Made by a program: the position numbers and the translations under genes. A model generated the notes under the pieces. The model saw only the letters and a list, made by a program, of their open reading frames with translations. It did no database searches and had not been told where the DNA came from. From assembly GCA_965226795.1 (NCBI GenBank), contig CBDDDZ010000004.1:96001-160000 (forward strand): 64,000 nucleotides of DNA, given 5' to 3'. Positions 55,840-64,000 of the stretch are shown here, piece by piece. This stretch comes from Candidatus Latescibacterota bacterium (GTDB lineage: Bacteria > Latescibacterota > UBA2968 > GCA-2709665). Each line of letters opens with the position of its first letter. Position 1 is the stretch's first letter.

Positions 55840-57262
55840 GTGAGGCAATTTCACCTCTCCAATCACCGAGAAACTTTTCTGAGAACGCTGGATTGGACAA
55901 TACAGAGTGCGCCTACTGTTGGAGCTATCCTTCCGGACTGCGTTGTGATAGCGATCAACAAAGAAGCTGAAATCGCGCCTCTAATGTTGGCAGGGCACGA
56001 TGACATTAGTGCCGTTGTCATGCCCGTTTCTCCAGAGAAGTTGCTTGTCGGCATTACGGATGGGTGCGCCCTTCCGCGGTCATTCAACTACAACGTAGAA
56101 GCTGCTCGTGCAAGCTACAGCTTTTTCCTTTCTTCACGTAACAATGCAGAGATCCTCCGCTTGTCCCCGGCGATCGCAGAGCGCTCGATTTTCGTCCTGG
56201 ATGAAGAGGTCGAGAGCGGGATTCAGGACGTTCTGCCCCAAAGTCTTCCTTCACGCCTGGAAGACGACTTAGGGAAGACGGAGCCCACCTATTGTCCCAT
56301 CGACCCCGACTCGAGCAAATTTCAATATGAACTGTCGTTCGACGGAGGCGTAGACCACCAAATAATCCAAGGACAGATCAACCACCTTCGCACCATTGTG
56401 TCGGCGCTTTCACAGGTACTCCCGCTTAGGCGACTAGACGGTATCACTATCGCAGGAGACTACCCCGCAGCACTCCGGAATCTCGATCGCGGTTTTGACA
56501 ATGCCCCACCCGTCGAAACGGTCTCTCCGGAGGTCGGCGTCGGCGTTCGCAAAGATGGTTGCAGTCATGCGGTCCGGCGAAGTCAAAGGTCGCATTGTGA
56601 TATCCAATGCCATTGGCGATGCCCTGACTTCCAATAACGCCGCAGATGCGGAGTTCGGCAACTACGCCGTCGTCAAAGAGCTTGCATTGGTTGCGATGTT
56701 CGAGTACGTCGAGCACGCGCTGCCGGGCGTCTTGCTCAGTTCCGTCGAAGGCAAACTCGACGGTTGGCTGTACGGTCCTGTCGACGCCGCGCTTCATGCC
56801 TATGTTGCCTCTTACATCGCGGCGGGATTCATTGATGAAAAAGAAATGGTAGAAGCCAAACGTCAGCTCTTGGCGGACTGCATTAATCGAATGAGGATTG
56901 ACGTACCAAAAGAAAGGCTCTCGTACCGCGATCACAGAAATCTTGATCAGCTCCTTGATGTCACCCTGCCTGCTATACGTTATGTCTTGTTATTTGCTGC
57001 AGATCTTCTTGGCCACAACGCGGTTTCAGGCCGTTCTGCCTTCCTAGAATCAGACGAACTGCATAATTCGCTTGAGAAGGCTGGGCTCACGAACTGGTTG
57101 GAGACGTACAGAGTCGATCTCATGCAATTTCACAAACAGCTCGGGCGTTGGGGGTCGTTTGATGAGTTTCTTTCTTTCAACGTCCACGTTGAGCGGCTGC
57201 TTTGGCAGTTCGGCATGTTCCCTTGGGAAAAACCAGAAGGAATATGGGTCGAGGTTCGGTGA
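55840..57262 (+). pseudogene. 5'-truncated, frameshifted gene (DUF4238-like C-terminal part plus downstream domain)
   Basis: ILPDCVV..VMPVSPEKLLVG; reading switches frame near 56545 (..SPEVGVGV | AKMVAVMRSG..). Confidence 0.5.
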
Positions 57263-57437
57263 GGCAGATAACCTCTTTCGATACAATCCGTATAGTCAAT
57301 CGGTGTGGCGGCGCATCCAATCCATCGGCGATCTGCGCAACGATGCGGCCCACGGCGAGGGTTCGACGATTGACCCCGAGGATGTCAAAGACGCCCATCG
57401 TTTCGTGCAACGATTCATCACAGATCACCCGGCGTGA
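57262..57437 (+). pseudogene. HEPN/DUF4145-like C-terminal fragment
   Basis: IGDLRNDAAHG (Rx4H) with no plausible start. Confidence 0.5.
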
Positions 57438-57446
57438 AAGCGGACA

Positions 57447-58873
57447 ATGAACAATATTGACGAAAAGACCCTTTCTAACCTGGCCGCTCTTGGCGAAGGC
57501 TATACCATTGAGTTTAAACGCTCGGGCACTTCCGGTCTCGGACGTGAGATATGCGCCTTTGCCAATGCTACTGGAGGCGTGATCCTGATCGGCGTTGCCG
57601 ATGACGGCGGAATCTGCGGTGTTTCCAACCACAACCGCTTGAAGTCCCAGGTCCGATTGCCCGCAGCGCGGAGCCACCTATCGCGTTGGAGATCGAAAGC
57701 GTGGATGACGTGCTCTGTGTGACCGTGCCCGCACAGCAGAGCAAGCCATACTCTTTCGGCGGGAAGTTTTTTATTAAGGAAGGGGCGAGCAGTCAGCAGA
57801 TGTCACGTGAGGAGATTCGGGAATTCTTCTATAAAGAAGGGCTGATCCATTTCGATGAAACCGCGTGTGACAAGTTTTCATTGGAGAGAGACCTCGATGA
57901 AGAGAACTGGTCCCTGTTTCAGGGTCGCGCCAAGATTCCCGAGGATATGGATCCGGAGACCGCGCTTCGCAACCTGCACCTGATGGGTGAAGATGGCCGG
58001 ATGACGCACGCCGGCGCCTGGTTGCTGGCCAGGGACATTCGGAAGTTCAATATCAGCGCGGACGTCGCATGTGCGCTCTTCATGGGAACCGACAAGGTGC
58101 GCATTCTCGACAGGCGCGACTTCCACGGCGACGTCTATTCGATGATTGAAGAGGTGATAGCCTGGATTCTCTCGAAAATCAACGTGGAGTACATCATAAA
58201 GCACGTAAGGCGGGAGGAGCGGCCGGAACTGCCCGAAGAGGCCATTCGCGAGGCGGTCGTCAACGCTCTGGCCCATCGCGACTAACGCTCCACCGCGAAT
58301 GTTCAGATCTATCTGTTCACGGACCGGCTCGAAATCGTCATGCCGGGCGGGTTGCCCGCCGGCATGACGGAAGCGGACCTCGGTATCAAGAGCATACCGC
58401 GCAACCCGCTGTTGTTCGGCATCCTGCACCGCATGGATGCGGTTGAGAGGATCGGTTCCGGCATCCGGCGTATCCGGGACCTGTGCCGCGAACACGGAGT
58501 GGCAGAGCCGCTGATCGAAGTGTCCGAGTCGTGGGTGACAACGACCTTCAGGCGTCCGGTAACCGAGTCCGAGGAGGAAGCTGGGGACAGGTCGGCACTA
58601 AGTCGGCACCAGGTCGGCACCAAGTCGGCACCAAGTCGGCACCAAGTCCAAATCCTGCGTAACTGCCTGACAGAAAAGGCGATAGGGACGTTAATGGCGT
58701 CAGTCAGCAGAAAGGACCGAACCAAGTTCAGGAACCAGGTCCTGAAACCCCTGTTGCAGGGCGGATGGCTGGAAATGACCATTCCAGACAAACCGACCAG
58801 CAGCAAGCAGAAATACAGGCTGACGGACAAGGGACAGCAGCTTCTGGCGGAGTTGGGAGAGGACGATGTCTGA
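57447..58873 (+). pseudogene. AlbA_2 + HATPase_c_4 + C-terminal HTH (RecG-C-like) gene, disrupted
   Basis: GEGYTIEFK/CAFANATGG; frameshift near 57655-57690; TAA at 58283-58285 replacing Tyr of NALAHRDY; PRNPLL, ERIGSGI; TIPDKPTSSKQKYRLT. Confidence 0.8.
58589..58648 (+). repeat. 11-bp tandem repeat A(A/G)GTCGGCAC(C/T), about 5.5 copies
   Basis: Read directly from the sequence. Confidence 0.9.
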
Positions 58874-59127
58874 AGACGGTACATGGAAAGAGAATCTGAT
58901 TGAAAAAAGAGTGACCTATCACATTGAGTTAGATGGGCAGCTCTTCCTCGTTGAAAACGTCCCGGCGCGCGTCAACGTTGAGACAGGCGAGAAGCACTTC
59001 TCACCGGAGACTGTTGAACGATTGCAGCAAGTGGTGCCTGTCTGCCATCTGCACAGGCAGGTGGGAGCGATGCTGTCCCGTTCGAACCATCGAGACCCCG
59101 GTTTATGAGTATACCTCCCTCGCCTGA
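58866..59127 (+). pseudogene. YgiT-type zinc-finger-family protein frameshifted by a 25-bp palindrome
   Basis: VENVPARVNVETGEKHFSPETVERLQQVV continues as WERCCPVRTIETPVYEYTSLA* once 59037-59061 is removed. Confidence 0.75.
59037..59061. repeat. 25-bp CCTGTCTG...CAGGCAGG mini-palindrome
   Basis: CCTGTCTGCCATCTGCACAGGCAGG. Confidence 0.8.
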
Positions 59128-59128
59128 A

Positions 59129-59558
59129 GGTTCCGGCATCCGGCGTATCCGCGACCTGTGCCGCGAACACGGAGTGGCAGAGCCGTTGATCGAGGTCTCA
59201 GCGTCGTGGGTAACGACAACGTTCCACAGGCCAACCTCAGAATTGGGAACCCGCACCGGGCTAAAGCAAGAGTCAGGCAAGAGTCAGGCAAGAGTCAAGG
59301 CAGGAATCGAGGGCAGAGGGCGTAGAACAACGAGTACTATCGATTCTCCGACAGACTCCCCTGTCCAGATCCGAGATCTCAATCGGTTTGGGCCACAAAT
59401 CCATATCGGGCCGGCTCAACGAGGCGATTCGCCTCTTGATGGATGACAAGCCGATCGAATACACAATTCCAGAAAAACCCAACTGTCGGTTGCAGAAATA
59501 CAGACTTACCGAAAACGGCAAGAGTCGACGGGCAGAATCGGAAGAAGGGCGATCATGA
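59129..59558 (+). pseudogene. 3' fragment of a second AlbA/HATPase_c_4/HTH paralogue
   Basis: 59129-59224 nearly duplicates 58454-58549 (GSGIRRIRDLCREHGVAEPLIEVS); HTH (EYTIPEKPNCRLQKYRLT) lies in another frame after GCAAGAGTCAG repeats at 59266-59298. Confidence 0.75.
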
Positions 59559-59588
59559 AACCAATCACCTTTACTGGCAAAGCTCCTC

Positions 59589-59858
59589 ATGGCCGCCGAA
59601 CAGCGAGAAATTATCCGCCTGTTGGCGGAGCGACTCGAGATGATCATGCATCAAGAGCGAGAGATTGGTTTCGCCTTGAAACAGGCGAAATTGCTACGCC
59701 AAGCTATCCTCAAGAAGGCCTTCGCGGGGCAGCTCATCCCGCAAGATCCGGAAGACGAACCTGCATCCATCCTGTTGGAGCGCATCAAAGCATGTAAATC
59801 TGCACCGTCTCAAGTCAACAAGCGAACAAAACGCAGGCGCGAGAAGGCAACAGCATGA
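59589..59858 (+). pseudogene. hsdS: hsdS C-terminal relic
   Basis: LLRQAILKKAFAGQLIPQDPEDEPASILLERIKA...KATA parallels the end of the intact hsdS. Confidence 0.8.
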
Positions 59859-61450
59859 CCGGCAAACTGCCCATCAACATAGACCACCTGCTTCGCCAGC
59901 GCCCCATCGAAGGCGAACGCGTTGAGTACAAAGCGGGCTGGAACCCGCAGAGCGTGCTGCACGCCATCTGCGCCTTCGCCAACGACTTCCACAATCTGGG
60001 CGGTGGATACGTCGTCCTCGGCGTCGAGGAACAAAATGGCCGCCCAGTTTTGCCGCCCAGGGGCATCAGGCCCGATGCCATCGATGCGATACAGAAGGAC
60101 CTGCTGAATCTGGGCAATTCTGCGATCCAGCCCTATTATCACCCGCTCACGGGAACCTACGACGTCGACGGACGGAACATCCTCGTGCTCTGGGCGCCCG
60201 GCGGCGAAACCCGTCCCTATAAAGCCAAAGTGACTCTGAGTGCGCAACGCAGCGAGTGGGCTTACTACATCCGCAGACACAGCAGCACGGTTCGCGCCAG
60301 GGGTCAGGACGAGCGTGAACTGCTCAGTCTGGCGGCCACGGTACCTTTTGATGACCGCTATCGCCAGACTGCATCTCTCGACGACCTGTCCCATCGGCTG
60401 ATCCGTGAGTTTCTAGGGGAAATCGGCAGCGAACTGGCATCGGAAGCAGTGGGCCTGTCTGTTGAGGACCTGGGCAGGCGCCTGAACGTCGTCGGAGGCC
60501 CGCCCGAAGCGATGTTCCCCAAGAACGTCGGGCTGCTTTTCTTCAACGACCGCCCACACGACTTTTTTCCGGCAACCCAGATCGATGTCGTGTGGTTTCC
60601 GGATGGGCCGGGCGGAGATCAGTTCGAGGAGAAGGAGTTCCGTGGGCCGTTGTCCATCATCCTCAGCGAGGCGATCGGCTACATTGAGCGGAACTTTCTG
60701 AAGGAAACCGTCGTCAAGTATCCCCACAAGCCGGAGGCCGAGCGATTCTTGAATTTCCCGATTGGCGCCATTGAAGAGGCGCTGGTGAACGCCATCTACC
60801 ATCGCTCATACGAAGAGCGGGAGCCGGTGGAAGTTCGGATCACCCGCGAAGAATTGCTGGTCTTGAGTTATCCCGGGGCGGACCGCTCCATACCTATGGA
60901 TGACTTCAAGAAGGGGCAGGCCGTGAGCAGGCGCTACCGTAACCGGCGTATCGGTGAATTTCTGAAAGAACTCGACCTCGCCGAGGCCCGCTCAACCGGG
61001 GTGCCGAAGATTTTCCGGTCCATGCGGCAGAACGGCTCACCGGAACCCATCTTCGAAAGCGACGAGGATCGGACCTGGTTTCGAGTGCGTCTGCCTGTGC
61101 ATGAGCGGGCATTACTCGTCGCGACCGGACAAGATACCCAACAAGATAAATCGTTGATAAATAATGAAAAGGGACAAGATACCCAACAAGACACCCAACA
61201 AGACACCGACCATATCGAGCAACTGGTGGCTGTGCTCACTGGAGAGATGAGCCGCGCTAGTATCCAGGCAGGATTGGAACTCAAAGACCGACCCCATTTC
61301 ATTGAAACGTACCTAAAGCCTGCGCTGGAGGCCGGGTTGATTGAAATGACCCTCCCGGACAAGCCCACCAGTCGCCACCAGCGCTATCGCCGAACCGCTC
61401 ACGGCGAGGCACTCGCAGAGCAGATTAAAAGAAAGATCGGCCCTGCATGA
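59855..61450 (+). CDS. AlbA_2 + HATPase_c_4 + C-terminal HTH protein (intact)
   Basis: IEGERVEYK, CAFAND, EEALVNAIYHRSY, YRNRRIGEFLKEL, STGVPKI, QDTQQDT linker, TLPDKPTSRHQRYR. Confidence 0.85.
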   Translation: MTGKLPINIDHLLRQRPIEGERVEYKAGWNPQSVLHAICAFANDFHNLGGGYVVLGVEEQNGRPVLPPRGIRPDAIDAIQKDLLNLGNSAIQPYYHPLTGTYDVDGRNILVLWAPGGETRPYKAKVTLSAQRSEWAYYIRRHSSTVRARGQDERELLSLAATVPFDDRYRQTASLDDLSHRLIREFLGEIGSELASEAVGLSVEDLGRRLNVVGGPPEAMFPKNVGLLFFNDRPHDFFPATQIDVVWFPDGPGGDQFEEKEFRGPLSIILSEAIGYIERNFLKETVVKYPHKPEAERFLNFPIGAIEEALVNAIYHRSYEEREPVEVRITREELLVLSYPGADRSIPMDDFKKGQAVSRRYRNRRIGEFLKELDLAEARSTGVPKIFRSMRQNGSPEPIFESDEDRTWFRVRLPVHERALLVATGQDTQQDKSLINNEKGQDTQQDTQQDTDHIEQLVAVLTGEMSRASIQAGLELKDRPHFIETYLKPALEAGLIEMTLPDKPTSRHQRYRRTAHGEALAEQIKRKIGPA

Positions 61451-61925
61451 ACACTGCACCCATCGTCGGCAACGTCTGGAGCTTCTGCACCACCTGCGCG
61501 ATGACGGGGTGAGTTATGGCGACTACCTGGAGCAACTCACCCATCTGATCTTCCTCAAGATGTCCGACGAGTACGGCAAACCCCCTACAACCGCGACGTC
61601 GGCATTCCGGCAGGCTTCAACTGGCAAAGCTTGAAGACGAAGAGAGGCGCGGAACTCGACGGCCATTACGCCGCCCTGCTCCGCGAACTCGGGACCAAGA
61701 CGGGCATGCTTGGTCAGATTTTTACCAGGTCCCAAAACAAGATCCAGGACCCTGCAAAGCTATACCGCCTGGTCGACATAGTCGATGACACTGAATGGGT
61801 CACGCTGGGCGCCGACGTAAAGGGAGACATAAACGAAGGGCTTCTTGAGAAGAACGCTGAGGATACCGAATCAGGCACAGGTCAGTATTTCACGCCCCGT
61901 GCTCTCATCCGTGCGATGGTTGAAA
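61447..61925 (+). pseudogene. hsdM: hsdM 5' relic, frameshifted and truncated
   Basis: DNA parallels 46069-46548 (MNTAPIV..VWSFCTT; KIQDPAKL; GQYFTPRALIR) with single-base deletions. Confidence 0.9.
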
Positions 61926-61965
61926 GACGGCCTCGGTCACACCTGCCTGCCGAGGCCGTCTTTCA
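61921..61965. terminator. Perfect 16-bp hairpin, probable bidirectional terminator
   Basis: TGAAAGACGGCCTCGG-13 nt-CCGAGGCCGTCTTTCA. Confidence 0.6.
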
Positions 61966-62091
61966 TTTCAGGGACTGCCGGGCGGTCGACAGTTTTCAGT
62001 GATTGCCTGCAAGGGTATCCATGATAGGTGACGCCGATCATTCTGCGGTACCCTGTCTTCCTGCAATCTACTCACGTATAGGAGGTTGGTT

Positions 62092-62274
62092 ATGGCTGGA
62101 CCCATGTATGCAGATGAGCTCAGAGATCATCGGACGGATATCAAAGAGCTCCTCGAATTGATCGTTGCACAAAACCACGCAGCAAGGACAGCTCTTGACA
62201 TAGACTGGCATGTTGCAAAGAAGCGAATGGATCCCGTGTTTAAGGAAAGACTCGATAAAGTTCTCAGGCGCTAA
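62092..62274 (+). CDS. Small hypothetical protein
   Basis: AGGAGG at 62080-62085 upstream of ATG; helical-looking 60-aa product; no motif recognised. Confidence 0.4.
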   Translation: MAGPMYADELRDHRTDIKELLELIVAQNHAARTALDIDWHVAKKRMDPVFKERLDKVLRR

Positions 62275-62492
62275 CAGGAGAACCGATATTTCTACGTGCG
62301 TGAAGAAACGTCGTCAGTCCGTATGAAATATGGGCGTTTTTCGTAGCTATTCAGCCGTTCACGGAATAAGCTCATTCGTCTTATGTCGCTGCTGTCCAGG
62401 AACGAAGCCGATTTCCGACAGGTGTGACGGAAGGTCTAAACGCAAAAACCACAAATAATGACTCACGCTGGCTGCATACGGTAAAGGCTTGA

Positions 62493-62610
62493 AATCCCCC
62501 CACCGCATCAGCCGTCGCCGGGCCCTTCGACAAGCTCAGGGGGCGGCTCGGCTTCTGCCTGCCTGTCCTGCGGACGCAGACAGGCGACTCCCCCTCAAGG
62601 GGGAGTGATT
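62493..62610. repeat. REP-like element carrying two nested short palindromes
   Basis: AATCCCCCCACCG...GACTCCCCCTCAAGGGGGAGTGATT with CCCTTCGACAAGCTCAGGG (62523-62541) and CCTGCCTG..CAGACAGG (62558-62584) inside. Confidence 0.7.
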
Positions 62611-62842
62611 GCGACGTGAGCGCACGATAGCCGGTGTGGAATGCCTCCGCGAGGCGGAGTGATCGCGAGGTGTCATTGGGCGGCTCTTCAGTGATACGCC
62701 GACCAGTAACAATTCGCCGAATATTACAAATGTGACTGTACGACGCTCGCGCCGTCCGCTCGCAGCGTTTTTCGACGCGGCTGACAGACTCTTCTCTTGA
62801 CCTTTGCGTCCCGATCCTTTAGATTGTCACGTCGCTATCATT

Positions 62843-62903
62843 CGACAAATGGACGCTCTCTTAACCGTCAATTGGCCGCTTGCTAATCCGACAAATGGAC
62901 GCT
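62843..62903 (+). promoter_or_regulatory. Three 15-bp direct repeats at 23-bp period overlapping the ATPase start
   Basis: CGACAAATGGACGCT (62843), CGTCAATTGGCCGCT (62866), CGACAAATGGACGCT (62889). Confidence 0.6.
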
Positions 62904-64000
62904 AACCGTTCCCTGTTTCTCCGCTCGCTGGAACCCGTAATCCGGGAGGCTTTGGCCGACACGCCGGTGGTCTGCCTGCTCGGACCGCGCCAAAGCGGGA
63001 AAACGACGCTCGTGCAGCAACTTGCGCCAGACCGTGCATACGTCAGCCTGGACGAGCACAACTACCATCAGACCGCCCTGGCCGATCCGGCCGGTTTCGT
63101 CGCCAGCCTGCCGGAGACAGTGACCCTGGACGAGGTGCAACGGGTGCCGGCACTGCTCCCCGCCATCAAGCTCGCCGTGGATCAGGACCGCCGTCCCGGT
63201 CGTTTTGTGCTGACGGGCTCGGCCAATCTATTGCTGGTGCCGACCGTAACCGAATCCCTGGCCGGCCGGATGGAAATGGCGCAATTGCACCCATTGACGG
63301 AATCCGAAAAAGCGCGCGCGCCGGGTCGCTTCCTCAGCGACCTGCTGAACGGCACAATCAAGCCGGGCATCCGACCCGAGGCGGCGCCCGAAGGGCCGTC
63401 GCTGCCGGAGCGACTGGTAGCCGGCGGCTATCCCGAGCCGCTGACTCGCACGCCCGGCCGCGCCCGGCAATGGCACAGGCAGTATCTACGCAGCATCATC
63501 GATCGGGACGTGCAAGACGTGGCGCGGGTGAGAGATGCCCACGAGTTGGCTCGCCTTTTGGAGCTGTTGGCCCTTCGTAGCGCTGAACTATTGAACACCC
63601 TCAATCTGGCCAATACCTTAGGACTGCACCGGTCGACGGTAGATCACTACATCGCCGTACTCGAGCGGCTCTTTCTGGTGCGACGCCTTCCCGCGTGGCA
63701 CCGCAACCCGGCCAAACGGCTCATCAGAACACCAAAGGTCCATCTCCTCGATAGCGGGCTGGCTGCAACCCTCGCCGACCTGACCGCGGACGATTGGCTC
63801 GGCAGGAGGGACCGCATGGGACATCTGTTGGAGTCCTTTGTGGTGCAGCAACTCATTGCCCAGGCCACCTGGACGGAACCGGATTTGCGTTTCTGGCACT
63901 ATCGCGACAAGGATCGGGTGGAAGTCGATGTAGTAATTACCCGGGGCCAGAAGACATGGGGTATTGAAGTCAAAGCCGCCCATGCGCTCACCTCCGGAGA
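62895..64000 (+). CDS. AAA_14 ATPase + DUF4143 protein; 3' end off window
   Basis: Not in the ORF track (open at edge). Manual translation MDANRSLFLRSLEPVIREALADTPVVCLLGPRQSGKTTL...LDEVQR...FVLTGSAN...KTPKVHLLDSGL...HYRDKDRVEVD...GIEVKA. Confidence 0.9.
   Translation, partial: MDANRSLFLRSLEPVIREALADTPVVCLLGPRQSGKTTLVQQLAPDRAYVSLDEHNYHQTALADPAGFVASLPETVTLDEVQRVPALLPAIKLAVDQDRRPGRFVLTGSANLLLVPTVTESLAGRMEMAQLHPLTESEKARAPGRFLSDLLNGTIKPGIRPEAAPEGPSLPERLVAGGYPEPLTRTPGRARQWHRQYLRSIIDRDVQDVARVRDAHELARLLELLALRSAELLNTLNLANTLGLHRSTVDHYIAVLERLFLVRRLPAWHRNPAKRLIRTPKVHLLDSGLAATLADLTADDWLGRRDRMGHLLESFVVQQLIAQATWTEPDLRFWHYRDKDRVEVDVVITRGQKTWGIEVKAAHALTSG

Noticed and set aside
58589..58648. CRISPR array
   Set aside because: Contiguous 11-bp units with no spacers, inside a coding frame; no cas genes in the window
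62843..62903. Mini-CRISPR
   Set aside because: 15-bp repeats with 8-bp spacers are far too short
39270..64000. Prophage or integrative element with att sites
   Set aside because: No integrase, transposase, tRNA or phage structural gene, and no flanking direct repeat seen within the window

Overview
High-GC bacterial window from a diderm organism. PorV, T9SS-like CTD, GWxTD, CRTAC1/ASPIC, DUF6785-like and EF-hand/dockerin-like tails suggest an FCB-group lineage such as Latescibacterota (inference only). The window has two halves. (1) Bases ~1-38.9 kb are mostly minus-strand envelope and catabolic genes: a TonB-dependent receptor / T9SS-CTD protein / PorV / GWxTD / TonB cluster, a diheme temptin-like EF-hand protein, an Opp-type ABC transporter split by an inverted PcRGLX/YetA-like lyase, three Gfo/Idh/MocA (GH109-like) oxidoreductases, three homocysteine S-methyltransferases, an amidohydrolase, an M14 peptidase and a transglutaminase-like protein. 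(2) Bases ~39.3-64 kb are a less GC-rich defence island: HEPN with a broken MNT, AbrB-VapC, an intact type I R-M system, a HEPN-like orphan, Schlafen/AlbA_2 proteins, a 1522-aa nuclease-STAND (Avs-like) protein, an AAA_14/DUF4143 ATPase, and many pseudogenes including relics of a second type I R-M. The most unusual signals are non-coding. A ~700-nt hairpin-rich element has partial copies showing compensatory substitutions at the island border. A family of 25-33 bp CCTGYCTG...CAGRCAGG mini-palindromes inserts without target duplication (one in-frame in oppA, one frameshifting a YgiT gene, one with an empty-site copy in the window). There are also two MITE-like elements, 11-bp tandem repeats that set the reading frame of C-terminal HTH domains, and a 23-bp-period repeat array at the start of the DUF4143 ATPase gene. 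No rRNA, tRNA, CRISPR array or transposase was recognised.
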